From positions 28,308,058 through 28,364,291 of the forward strand of contig NC_068997.1 of assembly GCF_001194135.2 (NCBI RefSeq): DNA of 56,234 bases, written 5' to 3'. Source of the DNA: Octopus bimaculoides. Taxonomy: Eukaryota. The notes beneath the pieces are model-generated. The model was not told where the DNA came from, did no database searches, and saw only the letters and a program-made list of their open reading frames with translations. How positions within the stretch are numbered: position 1 is the first letter of the stretch; each line of letters starts with the position of its first letter. Shown in pieces: positions 22,891-38,700 of this stretch. Made by a program: the position numbers and the translations under genes.

Positions 22891-25800
22891 ATGCACACAT
22901 CCACATATATGTGTGCTTAAGAAGGCCAAATATGCTTCACTTTATAACCACCATTCATGTTTGAGGTTGTAGACGGCATTTAAGAAAAATTGCTGTCTGA
23001 CAATAAGAGTTTACTCAAACACTGGCTATCGAACACAAAGTGTGTCTTCTCTCTGTCTCTTCTTCTGCTTTTGCCCTCCTTCTTGGAATTTAATTTTACC
23101 ATCCTCACCTCAACCCATACAACAGTTTCTCTCCACTTTTCCCCAGCCATACATACTCAGTTTTTCTCTCCTGGATTCTGTACTAAACACATTCGCTGAA
23201 TCTTGTCCCTGCACTAATATTACATACCAGTGGGGCTACCTCTCTGCTCGAGCTTTTCCGATTCCTCTCCCTGCACTAGAACTATATACCTCTGGAATTC
23301 TCTCTCTGCTTAAATTATCCCTCAACCTGAATGCTAAATGTACAGATACCACCAGCCTGTCTTTCATCCTGAGACAGTCTATAACTACTATAGGTACTCA
23401 TCTTGCTTTTTATATTAATAATAAAACTTGCAACTATAATTAGATGTACAGATATATACACATATATACATACACATCATAATAGTAGTAGTACTAATAA
23501 AAAACATTGTTTCTTAGAGGCACAAAGCCACAAATTTTAAGGGAAGGGGTTACTTGACTAAACTGATTCCAGTATTTGTCTGGTATTTTATTTAATCAAA
23601 CCTGGAAAGACGAAAAGCAAAGTCAAACAAAGAATATAAATGAACCTAATACAGAACATTTTTGTTTGCTGCCCAACCAAATTTATCATCTGCTGTCTTT
23701 AAAAACATTAATAATAATATAAACATCTAAACATCTACCTGTAAATAGCCTTTTAAACTACGAAAAAAATAAAACCAACAAAACAAATTAACTTTGTTTT
23801 ATCTCCAAGCTGACTCAAAAGGAATGCCTGATCTCAAGTTAATAAACTCTTATTTGTACATTAGAATGATAATTTTCCCTGTCAACACAAACATCATGTA
23901 TTCCAAAACGTTGATGGTAGTGTGTTGTAATTTAAAGCTATTCTAAAACAATCCCTTAAAATATGGTTTTCTAACTTTCGGCACTAAAACCAAATTATTG
24001 TTGATGAAAGGGTACGATATTTAGTTTAATATCCTTGACCAGCATTACTGCCCCTTATTTCTTTAAAATAAAAGGTCTCCTTTTCATATTACCAGCATCG
24101 TCAATGTAGGTTTAATATGAAAATTAATGTCACCAGTTATTCATTATTAACGTTTAAATTGTGCTTTCATACTTTTCATGGGCAATAAAAAAACAAATAA
24201 TTTATACATACATGTATACACACAAACATACATGTTTATATTTCTGAAGAAATGTCCCTGGTGGTAAGAGAATCTATATCTTCTAGGAGACATAGGTTTG
24301 ATGCCAACCAGTTACTCTCTCACAGTCATTTGTGTTTGTATCCACACTTAATTGGTAAAATAAACATTATTTGTTCAGTCCCAGATAAATCCTTAAAAGA
24401 AAAAAAAAAAAAGAAAGAAAGAAGACCAATACACTCACATACACAAATATATACATACATTTCTGCTATGGCAAGAAACCAGAGAAATGTGTTAAGACGA
24501 ATGTGACTATATCTGTATTTAAAACATATTTGTTTAATAATAATGTCTAATTCTAAGTCATTATTTAAAGCAAAAAAAAAAAAAAAAATTTTTTAAAGTG
24601 AAAACCAAAATCTAGTTCTCTGTCAGACATTGATAAAAACAAAGCAGACAATGGAGACCATCTGGATTCTTGAGTTTTCCGTCCTTCGTTGCTCGTTCAA
24701 CTTATAAAACCAGCATTGTATGAAGCTTATAATGCCCTGCAGCAGGTAAATGCAAACCAAAGACAATGTTGCTTTGCAGGTACCAAAGTAGCATAATTAC
24801 TGTCTGGAAATCTCTCTTCATTGAACTCATTTACTCAATATCAGTTTGAGAAAAGAAAAAAAAAAAAAAGAATCTTTCTGCTCACAAAAAAAAAAGAAAG
24901 AAGGAAAGAAAGAAAAAGTATAGAGTTACATGAATATAAAAAAGGTGGAGAATTTCATGACTATAGTATGTTGGGATGTGAAATAAGTTATCACAAATGA
25001 AGTTGACTAGTTATAAAGAAAACCCTCAAAGACACAGAAAAAAAAAAAAAAAAGAAAGCTTTGGATATCTTGCACTCGGGGACGGGATCCCAAACTAATA
25101 ATTAATGGATTAAAAACAAAAGTATTGAGCTAATAAATAAAACATCATTTCATAGAATTGTATAACTAATGATATTTTCTAGTTAAAAGTTTTATAATAG
25201 ATAACAGAACGCTTAAAAATTATTTGGAAAAATAAGTCATGAAGTGTCATTGGGTATTTTTCTGTTAAACCAACATGATGAACAGAATTTTAGTAAATCT
25301 TTGGTCCATTCCCAATCTCTTCTAATGAACAGCTTGCAGAAACATTTTTAAAATGTAAGTAAAAATCATAATATTACTGATGATGATGATGGTTGTTGTG
25401 ATTGATGGTGGTGATGATGATATCAGCAGAAGCATGTATTTAGTGACAAATGATTTTAGTAAATGAGATAAAGAGAGGATGTGAGATTGAGGTAATTAAA
25501 TTAGAAAAGCTGGTAATTCTGAGAAAAAGAAATTTTGTTTTCAACCCAGCATAACAAGCATGGAATGGAAAACAAAATCCATCGTATTGTTTACATGAAT
25601 TAGGTATGTTTGTGGAGATGGGATAAAAAAAAAAAAAAACATTCATACTCTAATAAGCCAAAAGACCACATCACCAGAATGAGAATATTTAAAATAATCT
25701 AATGAGAAGCAAGTATAGAACCAGGATAAAAATATTAAAATCTCATTTAACAAGCAAGAGAAAAGAGAGAAAGGAGGGTTCAAGACAGGGTCCACTCTCT

Positions 25801-26032
25801 CTCATATTTGCTTTGATCTGTAGGTTATGTTGTTGCATGCCAAACAGCACAAAGAGAATATTTCAATGCTGATGCACTTTAAATAACAGCATTTCTCCAT
25901 CACCTCAAAGAGGGGAATTTAGCACCGGCATTTCTAATATCAAGGAACCGAAGAAGTGGGTGTTGAGGGGGGGAGATGTAGAACGGTCAAAGAGACAGGT
26001 TTTTAGAGAGTAGAGAGGAAATAAGAAATAGC

Positions 26033-26176
26033 TTAGAATGCATTGATTAGATCGTGTTCATAATATGCAATCAACCACATAATGCCAGAACCAAACAGCA
26101 ATCCTAAACATTGGATGAACAAATGTAGAAAAGGATGCTCTCCTTCCCGAGTTTCAACAGAAGAAATTTCAGGCAA
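26033..26176 (-). CDS. ZIP exon 8 (LPEISS...IQCLGLLFGSGIMWLIAYYEHDLINAF*)
   Basis: Acceptor TTTTAATTGCAG|TTG; stop TAA at 26035-26033; typical LIV-1 TM8. Confidence 0.93.
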   Translation of the reverse strand: MPEISSVETREGEHPFLHLFIQCLGLLFGSGIMWLIAYYEHDLINAF

Positions 26177-29100
26177 CTGCAATTAAAATAAAGAAAAATA
26201 AGTGTAAGAAACAATAAAGATGAAAATGATGTCAAAATAGGTTAAGAGAACAAAACTGAAAATTTAGACAATGTAGAAGAATGTGAATAATATAACTAAG
26301 GGAGACAGACAACTCCAGTGAAATTGGAGTTGTCTTCCTTCGCATCAAGTAAATTACAGTGGATTATTATTATTAGGTTGGTGCATAATTATTGTGGATT
26401 TTTTTTTTCAATAAATTTTATTCAACAAAAACAATAGCAACATTTAATAAAAACATCTTTAAATGATTATTCTGACCGTCTGTCAAGCAAATGCGAAGCA
26501 GTAATTGAAGTAGATGGTAAATATGCTCCGGAATAATCATTTAAACACGTTTTTGGCACATGCTGGTGGCACATAAAAAGCACCCACTACACTCTTGGTG
26601 TAGTGTCGAAACATTGCCAGATCAGATTGGAGCCTGGTGTGGACTCCTGGTTTGCCAGTCCCCAGTCAAACCGTCCAACCCATGCCAGCGTGAAAAACGG
26701 ACGCTAAACGATGATGATGATGATAAGGAAAAAAAGATCTAGCCAAGGATAAACTAAATACAGCACTGAAAGCCAATGGAATATTTGTAAATGTGTAATG
26801 TTGTTGCAATTTACAACAGTGAATGATATTACACTGCAAATATAAAACTAGGTGAACTCAGCCATTAAGATTTAACCTTTTAGCAATCAGATTATAGTCA
26901 AATGTAATTCTTATTCTCATTGATTCAAATTAATCCTGCATTATCTAACAGGTTTCAGATTTCAATGTGATTCTTTTAGAATGACATTGTGAGGTAGGAG
27001 CAGTTGGCTGGATCTGGCCAGTTTGAACATAAAACAAAGACTATTTGGGCTTGATATGCCCAGTTTAACCCTTTCGTTACCAACCCGGCTGAGACTGATC
27101 TGGCTCTGAGTACAAATGTCTTGTTTTCAAAAGTTCTGAATTAAAATCTTCCACCAAACCTTAGTCACAATTTATGTTCCTAACATAAGCTGAACGATAA
27201 CTGAGTTATTTTACTAAATTCTGTGTTATATTTAAAGTAATTGAAAGAAACACAGAGCATCTCAAGAGAAATATGGTAACAAAAGGGTTAAAATATATAA
27301 TAGAGAAACAATTCTGTAGTGCTGAAGAGTTAAATCTGCTGTTCATAGCTGTGATACAATTGGGGAAAATGTGAACTTATAGCTTCTCATATCATTGTCC
27401 AGTAATGCATCAAATCAACCATTTGTGTTCTAATCTAATATAGTTTCTCACCTTACATAAGAGGGTAAAAACAAAGGTTGAAAAAAAATATTGAAATGAA
27501 CTTTAAATAAATGTACTTACCATGTCAACTAAAGCAATATAAAGAAACATGCCTCCGACAGCTGCAAAAATCCAAACTGTGACTGAATTTATATTACCAA
27601 GTAACACTCCAATTATCATTCCAAAAAGGCAGAGCACAGAAGAAATAATGTTGTAGGTTATGGCTTTACGAAGACTCATGCCAGCCCTCAGTAATACTGC
27701 AAAATCTCCTGCAAAACAGTAGACAGCATTAAGTTTAATAGATTACATAATCTTAATCTTTTAAAAATGAATTTGACTATGATTACAAAATTAGAGTTCT
27801 AGAGTACTGGGTATCGACCAAAAGACAGTTCTATATTTAAGAGATGAGGAATTATGTACATTATTTACATTTGACGGATATTTGTCCTCATCTTGTTTGC
27901 AGGCATTCAAACAACCTAATTAGTAAAATGAAGTCTTAGCGAATGAAAAATAATTAAACTTAGATTTCTTAACTTAAAGTGACACTACATTAATAAGATA
28001 ATCTTATCTTTCGGGTATTTTCATTATTTCGATATAGTGATAGTTTAAATGCTTGAACAGTAAATGTTCAATTGTCAAGAAATAATGGGAAAGGAACAGT
28101 CCTAGCAGCACAGAGGTTTACAAAACTCATGGGAAAAGTATTGTAGGAACAAATGGAAAGAAATTGCCATTGCATATAAGAAAAGAAACACATCAAAAAC
28201 TGTTTCGTTTTGTACCTGACTTGGACACTCAATAACAATGGAGGATCCAGAGTACTTGTAAGACTAACACATTAAATATTTGTGTGCAAATATATAAGAT
28301 ATCAAAACCGGAAGTGGTACAAACCTATTTCATGAGGTAGTTCATGACAAAGTACAGCTATGGCTGTGCTGCATCCTACTGTTGTACTGAAACCAAAAGC
28401 AGCCCCAATTGCTAGACCGTCACACAAGTTATGGATACCATCACCAATAACAACAATCCAAGCCATTGCAGGAATATTGTGGCCATCTGCATCAATGCAG
28501 GGGACATGAGAATGGCCATGTTGCTGGTAAAAATTGGAGGTATTTTGGTTATTCGGACCATGTGATGGGGACATCATTGTTGTGTGTTCTTCATCTGACT
28601 GCTGAACCTGCTGTTGGTTACATTCTATCATATCAGCATGGCTATCTTCAGCCAAGTCTTTTAATGCTGCAAATAAAAGAAAAAAGAAAAATAAAATCAA
28701 CAGACTACAACATATTTTGTCTGATAGATTTTCTTAGAGCATGAAATAAATGGTTTTTGTTTAATGAAAGAAAATATAAATGTAGACAGAGTTAATAAAA
28801 AACTTCAGAAAGCAATCATTACTTAATACAATTTATAACTGTAAAAGAGCAAACATACCTCTGTTAGGGTGTACCATCATAACAACATCTTCGCAAGATT
28901 GATAGTGTGAACTGCGGCTACGATGAGAGCTTAATTTGTTTCCAATACTAGAGTCTCCTTCTGAAATAGTTGAAACATGGGAGCAGTTTCGCTTCTTCTT
29001 CTGAAAGTAAAACAATTCATATTATTTATTTATTTATTTATTTGATTTTTTAAAGGTCTTCAACTCAATTGAATTTTCTAGTTTAAAAATTCTTTAATCA

Positions 29101-29683
29101 AAACCACTAAAGTTCTTATAGGTTCCTAAAAGGCCAATACCCAGAGCTCTGTTTCCATGGTATTTGTTTCTACTCTAGGCACAAGGCCCGAAATTTTGGG
29201 GGAAGGGGCCAGTCGATTAGATCGACCCCAGTAAGCAACTGGTACTTAATTTATTGACCCTGAAAGGATGAAAGGCAAAATCGACCTCGATGGAATTGCA
29301 CTCAGAACGTAAAGACAAACAAAATACCGTTAAGTATTTCACCCGGCATGCTAACATTTCTGCCAGCTTGCTGCCTTCCTTGGTATCAAACACATAAAGG
29401 TATTTGCCAAACTAGTATGATTATTGCAGATGATTTTCAGAGATATGCATTTTAATCCTCAAATTAGGTGAACAGAAGTAGATAAGAAGCCCACTACACG
29501 CTGACAGTTCACCATAGAGGCTACCAACTTCATCTTGTAAAATATTCTGTTGCAGAAATGGTGACAAATGCAAAGCAGATGGTTACAGTTGCATGTTCCA
29601 CAAAAAATAAATTAAGAGAACAAACAATTTAATAGAGATTCAGTAAATATAATGCTAATGTTAGTTTGTGTGTGTGCATGTAG

Positions 29684-29718
<35 letters not shown>

Positions 29719-32700
29719 TATAAATAGCTAAAACACTGCCAGCCATTCCTACCACCCCACTCCCCATAGCCAATCTTTTCACAAGCATCTTACACTGTAT
29801 CAAATGTCACAATGGACAGTGTAGATGTATAGAAAGTAAAAAGATGTGATAATAGACATACTACACAAACTAACAGGAAAATGTCGAGAAAGTGGAGTTT
29901 TTGCAAACATATAGATTTGTAAATACACAGAAATGAGAAAGGAGGACACATTTACCTTATTTCTTTTTTCAGTACGCATTAATGTAACAATTGTCATAAC
30001 TCTTTCCATAATGAAAAAAACAACAATTCCAAGCAATCCAACCATTCCTTTTAAAATGGAACTTCTATCATGAGGAACAGAATGAGATTCTTCACACTGA
30101 CTGTGATTGTGGTTATTTACTAAAGCCTGAATAGATTTTAAAAAAAACGTAAATTATCATGAGTATGAACATAAAATGATAATGAGAACAAATGGACATA
30201 AATAGAAATACACAATGCCCACCAAGTCTCTAAAATTCCCTTGTTAGTTTTTTTTCTAATCTGTTTATAAACAGAGATTTGGCATGAGAGTAGAGAGCAG
30301 TGTTCTTAAATCAACACAAAAGAGTGAAGGGAGTGACAAATTTTCTTTCTTTGACATACTATGCTTTAATTACGATGGAATGTCAAAAGTATATTTGCCT
30401 TGGGTGCTGAGAACCCTTGCCACATCACTGATTTATACTGAATTCAAACATATTCTTATTTTGTGAAAAGTGAACAGTTAAGCCAACCCCCCCCCCCAGG
30501 AACTGTCATCAACAGGTAATTAAATAGTTATGGGATGGATGAAAATACAAGGTTCATCATCATCATCATCTAATGTCCATTTTCCAAACTGGTATGTGTT
30601 GGATGGCTTGACAGGAATTGGTAAGGCCAGGAGCCACACCAGGTTCCATTATCTGTTTTGGCTTGGTTTCTACAACTGGACACCCTTCCTAATGCCAATC
30701 ATTTTACAGAGTGCTTTTTACATGGCACCAGCACCAGTGCTTTTTATGTGGCACCAGCACCAATGCTTTTCATGTGGCAACAGCACCAGTACTTCTTATA
30801 TAGCACCAAAGCCTTTTAAGTTTGAATGTTCATATCTGAATAGGTTCTTCTCAAGAAGAACAGATCATTGCTTTTCACAAATGTTGTCATCATCAACACC
30901 ATCAATTAATTACCTGACACTGTAGCATCTTTACAGTAAGGCTGTGTAAAAAGCCTAAAGTATGCTTACTGCTTGCTAGAAATGACAAGATTTCTTGTGG
31001 AAGGAAAGATATGCCTTATCTTTTAGCATGAAGCATATAAAAATTTAATCACCATCTTCAGACCATGCAAAATGGTTGTCATAAACACCCAACTCTAACA
31101 GGATTAAAAAAAAGATTAGAATAATTCAAAAATCAGTAAATAAAATAATGCTGATGGTGCTTCATGATCTGCACAAAAATGCATACATTTATATATATTT
31201 ACAAGAATTATTGTCCCACGAGCAGTTCATGACCACTTCATATACATTTTATGTTTGTATGGTCAAGATGAATTTCACTGGACAATTTAGATTTGCTTCA
31301 AGACAAACAGTAGCTATTAAAAACTAACCTAATAGAAAAATTTTGAAAACATTAATCCTTGATTTTTCTCTAACATATTAGAAACAATTAAAGCAATTAA
31401 ATAACAATGAGAGACTAGAGTTATACATACATGAGGTAGTAAGTGAAGAAGTGCATCACCGGAGAGTGCTCCAATAGCTACTGCTACCAACCACTGAAGC
31501 AGATGGTTATAAAACACTCTCTGCATAAACGGAATTAAACAAACACCAAATAACCCAACAGAGCTGATACCAAGAACTGCTAAGAAACTCCACAGCCAAA
31601 CTGAAATAAAAAACAAAACAAAACAAAAGTTGAAACAATTACATGTATGAAAATTAATCAATGTGTCACTAATTGTATCAAATATTGAAATGATATGCGA
31701 AAGAGTATTACCTTCATAAGGTATATTGCTAACACTTCGTGTTGGACATGTGTTGTTGTGTTCATGACTAGTAGCATCCGTGTGTCCCGTGTGTTCATGA
31801 TTATGGTCATCGTGGTGTTGATGTTGATGATTGTGTTCACTATGGTTACAGACTTTGCTATCAAGCTGCTGAAGTAAAGCTGGGCATAGACTGATAAACT
31901 GTTCTGAAGTCAATTTATTGGTGTTAGTGAAATGGAAAGTAGACAGATAGTCGGTCAACGACATACACTACAATAAAAAAACAAAAAACAAAAAAAAAAA
32001 CAACTCAAATTAAATTAGATATCAAAAAGTTTAGAAAGAAATATATAGAAGTAAAATGTGAAAAGAGAAAATGAACGAAGGGAAACAATTAAAAAAAAAT
32101 CACCATCCTCACCAAAAGTGATTATCTCTCTTGAATATTTGGTAGCTTTTTAAATATTGCCTGCACTCTTGTCCTTACCAGTCGTGGCTAGTGTATAGGA
32201 ACTGCAGCTTTCCACTCGATATTATCGATAACGTTCAATACAACAAGTCCTTTTTTCTTTAATGCTTTCTTTAAACTTGTACATTATATAATCCTTAAGC
32301 TTAATGTCAGTAGCCATCCCCTAGTTTATGAAAAAATACAAAAATCCTTGTATAGAACTATGCACTTCACAGTTCCAGCAACGCGGTGTTTGGCTGTTGT
32401 GTGCACGCTCACATGTCCAAGATAGGAAGCTTCATACTAGGGACAGAGAGTACTGCATGAATGACAGTGCCAGGTGAAAGGTAGTGTTTCTTTTTGACTG
32501 TGTGTGTGTTTATATTCTTGTCAAGTGATGGTGGGGGGACAAACACAGACACACACACACAGACATATATATAACAGGCTTCTTTCAGTTTCCATAGACT
32601 CACGGAGGCAATGTGACCGATGTCTGTGGCGCAAAGCTGGCATGTGAAAAGCACCCTTTGGGTGTTGGGCCTCATGGAGGCAACTGGCACCTGTGCAGGT

Positions 32701-35700
32701 GGTACATAACAGCACACATTACATTCTTAGAGTGGTTGGTGTTAGGAAGGGCATCCAGCTGTAGAAACCATGCCAAGTCAGACTGGAGTCTGGTGCAACC
32801 ACTTGGTTTACCAGCCCTAGTCAAACTGTCCAACCCATGCTAGCATGGACAACAGATGTTGAAAGATAATGATGATGATGATAATGATTGAAGGTTTTGG
32901 TCAGTCCGAGGCCATAGAAGAAGATATTTGCCCAAGGTGGGACATAAACAAACCAACACCAGTTATCAAGCAGTGTGGAGGGGTAAGAAATAGAGACACA
33001 GTTTCTATACATCAAATTCTCTCACAAGATCAGGGCTATGGTAGAAGACTCTTGCCCAAGGTACTGTGCAATGAGACAACCTGGAATCAGCCAGATTCCC
33101 AATGTGATATCCCTTCCCACCAAAATGATATTTCTTCATACATATATGCTTGATAATAAGGAAGTTAGGCAATATTTTAAGGTAGTTGACTATTAACCCT
33201 TTAGCATTCAGATTACTGTCAAATGTAATGCTTATTTGTCCACATTTTTTTAAAAAATGGATCCTCGGATTTTCTTGCAACTTTGAGATTTCAAAGATGT
33301 GATTATTTGTTTTTAGAACAACATTACAGGGTAGGTACAAGAGGCTGGATCTGGCTATTTTAAGCCTAAACCAAATAGATTATTTGGGCCAGATCTGGCC
33401 AGTTTAAATGCTAAAGGATTAACCTGGAAGTAACCACAATTTTCCTTCTTTAGTTGCTCCCATTCTGGTTATGTTATCAACAGCAAAACAAAGTTATAAT
33501 TCCGTTAAAACAATTACTGCATCATCATTATTTTTTCATGTATCAAAGAACATTTGCAAACGAGTCTCCTAATTAATTACTCGATTTTCAGTATTTACTG
33601 CTACCTCATCTGATAATCTAACTTGGCTGTTCCTATTAAGCACGTAGTGACAGCGCATAGCTTAATGGCGAAAGTCTCTGGCTTAAACCCTAAAGTCGTG
33701 ACTTCAATTCCCAGTGACACATTGTGTTCTCGAGCAAGACCCTTTACTTCACGTTGCTCCAGTCCATTCAGCCGGCAATAATGTGTAGTACTTGTATTTC
33801 AAAGGGCCAGCCTCGTCATACTCTGTGCCACACCGAATCTCCCCAAACTACATTAAGGGTACACACATAATTTTGTGGGTTGGGGACTCGTCAATTACAT
33901 TGACCCCAGCACTGAACGTACTCATTTTATCAACTCTGAAAGGATGAATGGCTAAGTCAACCTCGGCAGAATATGAACTCAGAATGCAAAGATGGAGGAA
34001 ATGCTGTAAAGCATTTTGTCCGACACTAGGTTGATAATAACAAATTCATTATTTTAAAAATTAATTGAATTTGTATAATGTACTTCAAAAGAAATATGGC
34101 AACAAATGGTGAGTTTGATTTCTATATAATTGTAGATGTATTATCTACACACATATTTAGAACTTCTTGTTAGACAAATGTTTCATAGGAGAGTATTTTT
34201 CTCATATTTTGCAACCTAACTGAAGCACCAGCATGAAAGCAGAAACTTAGCTATTTGATTAGAAAGCCACCTTTTGTGAAAAGCCCTCGAACAATAACTG
34301 TTGAGTCCTTTTCAACCACAGAATACATTCCCCCACTACTCAAAGCTATGTGCCAGCAGCTTAGCTGTTTGACATATTTTCCACACATCTGCAATGCCTC
34401 CAGCTATGACACTACAACTGTTACCACACGTTGTTAGTTAGTGCTATTGTTATAGGCTTTGCCAATATCCAGATTGCTGTTAATTCAGGGGGAAAAAAAC
34501 AACAACAACACACTATGGGAATTGTGAGATGAGTCAAAGAGCCAAATAAAATGTCCACTGAACTCAAAATACAATTAATCTGACTAATGTATTACAATGT
34601 GGTTTACTCAACACAGACCCAACTAGGGTTTCTCAATAACACTAATAACTAAATGCTGCACAGACTTTTTCTTTTTTTTTTCTCCATGAAGCCAACCTTA
34701 AAAGAACATGGACAAATTTCCTCTCTTCAGCCTCTCCTATTTATGGAAACCTTCATCCACATGAAGACAGAAGTAAAGAAATATTTATCAGAACAACACA
34801 AATTCATTAATAAAAACAAAGAGAAATTCCTAGATACTGCAACAATAAAAAAAAGAGAGAAGACAGATCAGTAATTAGTGCTTCGTATATCAGCTTAAAT
34901 CACCTGTCTGCCCCACTCCCTGTATCTTTTAGTTGTTTTAGTCGAGAGACTTCAGCCATGCTGGGGCACCCCCTTCAGGAATTTCAGTCAAATGAATCAA
35001 CCCTAATATTTAGTAGATTTAAAAAAAAAATATTCTTTGTAAGCCTAGTACTTATTCTATCGGTCTCTTTTGCCAAACAGCTAAGTTATGGAGCTGTAAA
35101 CACACCAGCACCAGTTGTCAAGTGGTGGTGGGATAAAAACACAAACATACGACAGGCTTCTTTCAGTTTCCATCTACCAAATCCACTCACAAGGCTTTGG
35201 TCAGCCCAAGGCTATAGTAGAAGACACTTGCCCAAAATATCATGCAGTGAGATTGAACCTGGAACCATGTGGTTGGGAAGCAAACTTCTTACCACACAGC
35301 CACATCTATGCCCATAAAATGATTTCATGAGTGAGTACAGTACACAGTAGTGTACGAATGAATTTTGTTAGTCTGCGTCACTGAATTCCAATGTTCTGAA
35401 AGAAAGTTCTAGTTAGATTTATTTGTTGCAGTATATTATACAGTGATGCTCTAACAAATGAAATGGTTCCAAGATTCACTCTCACAGAATATTTTCAGTT
35501 TTCCTTCAAATTTGTTTAGAATTATTGATCTCTGAGGATTTGGAATACAGATGAGTGAGATACAAAATTGAATTTCACTGGGAATAGGGTGCAGTTATCT
35601 GATATTTATCAGCACATCGACCCAAGAGTTGAAATTCAAAGCCAATACAAAATTTAAATCCAGAATATAGAGGGGTAAAAAGTAAACTAAGAACTTGGTT

Positions 35701-38700
35701 GCTTCTACCAACTTTCTACCATTATGTTTCATTATTTGACTGAATCTTTTAGTTTTTACTCATTTCAATATTGGACTGTAGCCATGCTGGGACATGACAT
35801 TGAAGGGCTTATTTAGTCAAACAAATTGAATTCAGAACTGAGTATTTTTTAAAGCCTGTCTGGTACTTATTCTGTTGGTCTCTTATACTGAAGTGCTAAA
35901 TTATGGAGGCATAAACAAACCAACACCAGTTGTTGAGTAGTGGTGGGGGACAAATGCAAAAGACACACACATATATATATATGTATGTGCGTGTGTGTGT
36001 GCATGATGGGTTTCTTTCAGTTTCCGTCTACCAAATCCATTCACAAGGCTTCAGTCAGACCAGGGGTATAATAGAAGACACTCGCCCCAAGGAGTGACAG
36101 GCTAGGACTGAACTCAGAGCAATGTGATTGAAAAGCAAGCTTACCATACAGGTATGCTTGCACTATCAAAAGATAAAACGTTGAAAATCTTTAATAATAA
36201 ATTAGACTTGAAAATATTGTGTGATGGTAAGTCTTTCAATTATTTTAGTTCTTTGAACACCAGCAGGGAGTACAACAAATAATCTAGCACAGCCTAGCCT
36301 TCGTGGCACTGAGGTTCAAACAAAACAAACTAAGAAAATATTCAAGTATATACTGCAATGGGGAACTGTACCCACCTGTGATCAAAATTTTAAAAACTGG
36401 CAATCTGTTGGTTACAACAAGGATTCCAGTAGATCCAATCAATGGAACAGCCTGCTCATGAAATTTTATATCCAAGTGGTTGAGCACTCTACAAACATGA
36501 ATACCGTTAATGTTGTTCTCAGGGAGATTCAGCGTAACACAATCTTTTCTACACTAGACACAAGGCCCGAAATTTTTTTAGGGAGAGGGCCAGTCGATAA
36601 GATCAACCCCAGTGTGCAACTGGTACTTAATTTATCGACCCGAAAGGATGAAAGGCAAAATCGACCTCGGCAGAATTTGAACTTAGAACGTAAAGCGTGA
36701 CACAGAATGCGACAAAGTTGGCTCTTTGAAATGCTGAGTGAATTGGAGCAATGTAAAGTGTCTTGCCCAAGAACACAATACACTGCTGGCTATTGAATTT
36801 ATGGCCTCATAGCCAAATATACTAAACACCAAGCCACACATGGAAATAGACACATAATTTAAGCTGATGCTTGAAACATTAAAACTACTTCAGAAAAGGT
36901 TCTCACATTATTATGATGGAAAGTTTTAATTTAAAGAATAAGAAAACAACTTTTCTACAAAAAAACACAATGAAACAGGTATGGTCACTTCGTTATTCAA
37001 ATGCTATACAACTGATGTAAAGCGTAAATTTTAGATTAAGATCGGTACCTGATGAGTCAATGAGGGGCTTCTACAATGTTACTTACTCTGTTGGAAATAG
37101 CAGCCAAATCTCTTAAATTGCATTTCCCAAATTCTTTGCACACAGAAAAAAGGCAAGATGGTCATGGCTGGAATACCTCTGAGCAAAGGCTGATCAGGAG
37201 CCAAATATCTGACCTCTTCTAGCATTAATTACAAGATGATAATTTGAATCAGATATTTACTTAAACATTTTCAAAATCTAAATCTGACAGGTTTCATTTG
37301 ATTAAACTGAATAGAATTTTGAATTCTTATTTGCAGTCACATCACTGAAGACTGTCTCTTTGAGTTAGCTTCTGTCATATTCCAGAGAATAAATAATATC
37401 CTTTATTCTTGAACTGCTTTTGTTGTTTAGCCCCAGGTGAGTCTTAACCATGACCAAAACATTTATCTTGCATGGCAAAGTTTACCTAAGACCACATTAT
37501 CCTGTGTTCTTTAATTAAAGAGCATAATCTGAGAGATATGACTGCTATTTGTTGCATGTTAAGCAACCACATTGAGGTTCCTCAACGGCTCATTCTTTAG
37601 GTTCTTGTGGGGGTATAAACAGTGAGATTGTTTTTAGCAGCTCAACCAGTTAACATTGAATACAATAATTAGTTAAATTAGGTGCAAATATTATGAATCC
37701 TAAATTTAAACTATTTAGCATTTAAACAGACCATATATTCCACCTATTTTATGTTCAAACTGACAAAATCAGGCCTCTCACACCAACCCTACAATATCAT
37801 TCTAAAAATTAACAGTTACCATATCAAAATCTCAAAGCTACAAAATAAAGTGCAATTAATTCAAAACAGTGAATAAATAAGCATTGCATTTGACAGAATA
37901 ACCAGAATGCTTAAGGGTTGTGTTGTAGACTAATCTAGAATTGAATGAGGAAAAGGGGATATATTTAAAAAAAATAAATGCATACAAACTTGAAATCAAC
38001 AAGTCTTGTTAATTTCTTTCCTTCATATCAGGCTTAACCATAATTGACACACACACACATTTACATTATTGTTATCTCTTAAAATTTGAAAGCATTTGCC
38101 AATAATGATGTTTGATTTAGATAAGATAATGTTTTAACATTTAGTGACAGATGCAGGTGGTTTTGTTTCAACAAAACCATTAAAAGCTACTTGTGAAATG
38201 TGAAGACAAGAGTTACTTTCGTTGAAACCAAAATAATGTGGGGTTTTGATTAAAAAGACTACTTATATTGCTAAATAGTCAGTTTATAAAGAAACCTATA
38301 TACACATATATATATAATACTTCTACAGTACCAACTTAATCTTTATTTTAAATTTTATATGGTACAGGGTACTTCAAATCTAAAATTCTCAGAGAAGTAT
38401 AATATTATAGCAGGAATAAATTAATATTCTGAACATTGGTAAATCATGAGTGTGAGATGTACCCTCATTCTCTTTATGAAATGAGATATTAATCGACTGA
38501 TGCAAAGTTTCAGACGTAGCATGCAATTTCTTTGTAACAAAAAATCTACTCTCTCAAAGTAAGATTCAGACGGAGAATAAAAAAATAATTCGATGCTGGT
38601 TTAACTGAAGAATATTTTTAAAGGTTGAAAAATTATGAATCTGAACAGCTATGCTAGGATCCTCCCCACCATCTCCGAATTGAATGCTAAATGTTATGTG

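Noticed and set aside
24580-24860. First candidate for the ZIP last exon
   Set aside because: Translation lacks the LPE...TM8 pattern; the real exon is 26176-26033
7447-37070. Other CTGATGA motifs (7447, 37049, and 17377 on the - strand) as hammerheads
   Set aside because: No stem II-GAAA-stem III-NUH arrangement
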